Shown here in pieces: positions 63,125-64,000 of a stretch of 64,000 nt of DNA. Source of the stretch: Eubacteriales bacterium (GTDB lineage Bacteria > Bacillota > Clostridia > Oscillospirales > CAG-382); NCBI GenBank assembly GCA_045612545.1, contig JAZKZH010000001.1, forward strand, positions 54,513 to 118,512, given 5' to 3'. A program made the translations under genes and the position numbers. Positions within the stretch are counted from its first letter, which is position 1. Every line of letters starts with the position of its first letter. Below the pieces are notes generated by a model that made no database searches, was not told where the DNA came from, and saw nothing but the letters and a program-made list of their open reading frames with translations.

Positions 63125-64000
63125 ATGAAAATCGAAATTAAAAACTTAACCAAGATCTACCCCCGAGGAAAGAAAAAAGCCCTGAACGGGGTGAACATCG
63201 AGATCGGGCAGGGTATTTTCGGGCTGATCGGGCGCAACGGCGCAGGCAAAACCACACTGATGCGGATCGTTGCGACCATCATGGACGCTACCGACGGCGA
63301 GATTTACTTTGACGGCAAGGAGCTGAAGGCGAACAAGGATGAGTTCCGGTCATCCCTTGGGTATCTTCCCCAGAGCACGAAATTGATGCCCAGAATGAAC
63401 ATTGTGGAGTTTTTGGACTACGTTTGTATTTTGAAGGGGATCAAGAACAAGGCGGAGAGGAAGGAGAGAATTGCTTCAGCCATTGAGACGGTTGGTTTGG
63501 TGGGCGAAGAAAAGAAGCGTTTGGGCAAGTATTCCGGCGGTATGTTGAGACGTGCGGGGATCGCGCAAGCGTTGATTGGTGACCCGAAGGTTCTGATCAT
63601 CGACGAACCAACTACGGGATTGGATCCGGAGGAAAGACTGTACTTCCTGAATTTGCTTTCCAAGATCGCTATGGAGAGAACCATTATTTTCTCCACCCAT
63701 ATCACGGCGGATATTGAGCATTTGTGCAACAACATCTGTGTTTTAGAGCAGGGCGAAGTAAAGTATCTCGGTGAGAAGAGCGAGTTTATTGATCGCATCA
63801 ACGGCAAGCTGTACGAGCATACCGGCTCCCAGTACGAGGAGGAGCAGTTGCGAAAAGACACCGTGGTCACCTCTGTGGCGTACGTGGACGGCAGACCGAG
63901 GGTCCGTTACGTGGCAGAATCCCCTCTGTTCGAAGGTTCCGTTCCCGTGGCTCCTACCCTTGAAGATTCGTATATTTACGCTCTGGGCGGTGTGAAGAGG
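63125..64000 (+). CDS. ABC transporter ATP-binding protein (3' end outside window)
   Basis: ATG 63125 follows GAGAGGAG. Walker A GRNGAGKTT, signature YSGGMLRR and Walker B LIIDEPT. The frame is open to the window end. Confidence 0.9.
   Translation, partial: MKIEIKNLTKIYPRGKKKALNGVNIEIGQGIFGLIGRNGAGKTTLMRIVATIMDATDGEIYFDGKELKANKDEFRSSLGYLPQSTKLMPRMNIVEFLDYVCILKGIKNKAERKERIASAIETVGLVGEEKKRLGKYSGGMLRRAGIAQALIGDPKVLIIDEPTTGLDPEERLYFLNLLSKIAMERTIIFSTHITADIEHLCNNICVLEQGEVKYLGEKSEFIDRINGKLYEHTGSQYEEEQLRKDTVVTSVAYVDGRPRVRYVAESPLFEGSVPVAPTLEDSYIYALGGVKR

Overview
The window looks like a Clostridia-type (Firmicutes) chromosome segment with a mosaic G+C profile. I saw no rRNA, tRNA or CRISPR.

**1-6.7 kb, core-like and G+C-richer by eye.** It holds a Ca-type P-type ATPase, a yybP-ykoY Mn riboswitch with mntP, and an acyl-CoA synthetase plus ACP. 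A spoVAC gene loses homology at about codon 108, exactly where composition drops.

**About 6685 to at least 34.2 kb, a conjugative element.**
- Mating-channel genes: VirB2-, VirB6-, VirB3/PrgI- and VirB4-like genes and a VirD4-type coupling protein.
- An NlpC/P60 hydrolase that is truncated after its catalytic Cys.
- An S1-domain protein and a 2077-aa thioester/Cna-B-type LPxTG adhesin.
- A zinc-finger protein, a sigma factor, signal peptidase I and a small tyrosine recombinase.

**34.2-37.9 kb, candidate phase switch and quorum sensing.**
- Directly after the recombinase, a perfect 20-bp inverted-repeat pair encloses 192 bp carrying a consensus promoter. This is a candidate invertible phase switch.
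- Next come an XRE regulator and a complete agr-like module: a 46-aa AgrD absent from the ORF track, AgrB, a histidine kinase and a LytTR regulator.
- A shared TCGTCGA-type repeat motif abuts the -35 of four promoters: both agr promoters, the recombinase promoter, and an AAA-ATPase cargo gene inside the element.

**38-64 kb, accessory islands.**
- Two paralogous secreted proteins with a sharp G+C step.
- A sigma factor, a lipoprotein and an 80-aa Cx7C Asp/Tyr-rich peptide bracketed by inverted repeats.
- An IS200 tnpA relic.
- An A+T-rich six-gene operon: rSAM/SPASM, PAS/coiled-coil, membrane protein, SDR, agmatine-deiminase-like and SET-GNAT fusion.
- A tightly coupled cluster of acyl-AMP ligase, ACP, PaaK-like ligase, CPBP protease, rSAM/SPASM and ABC transporter, with no visible precursor peptide.

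All family assignments rest on motifs read by eye. None was checked against a database.
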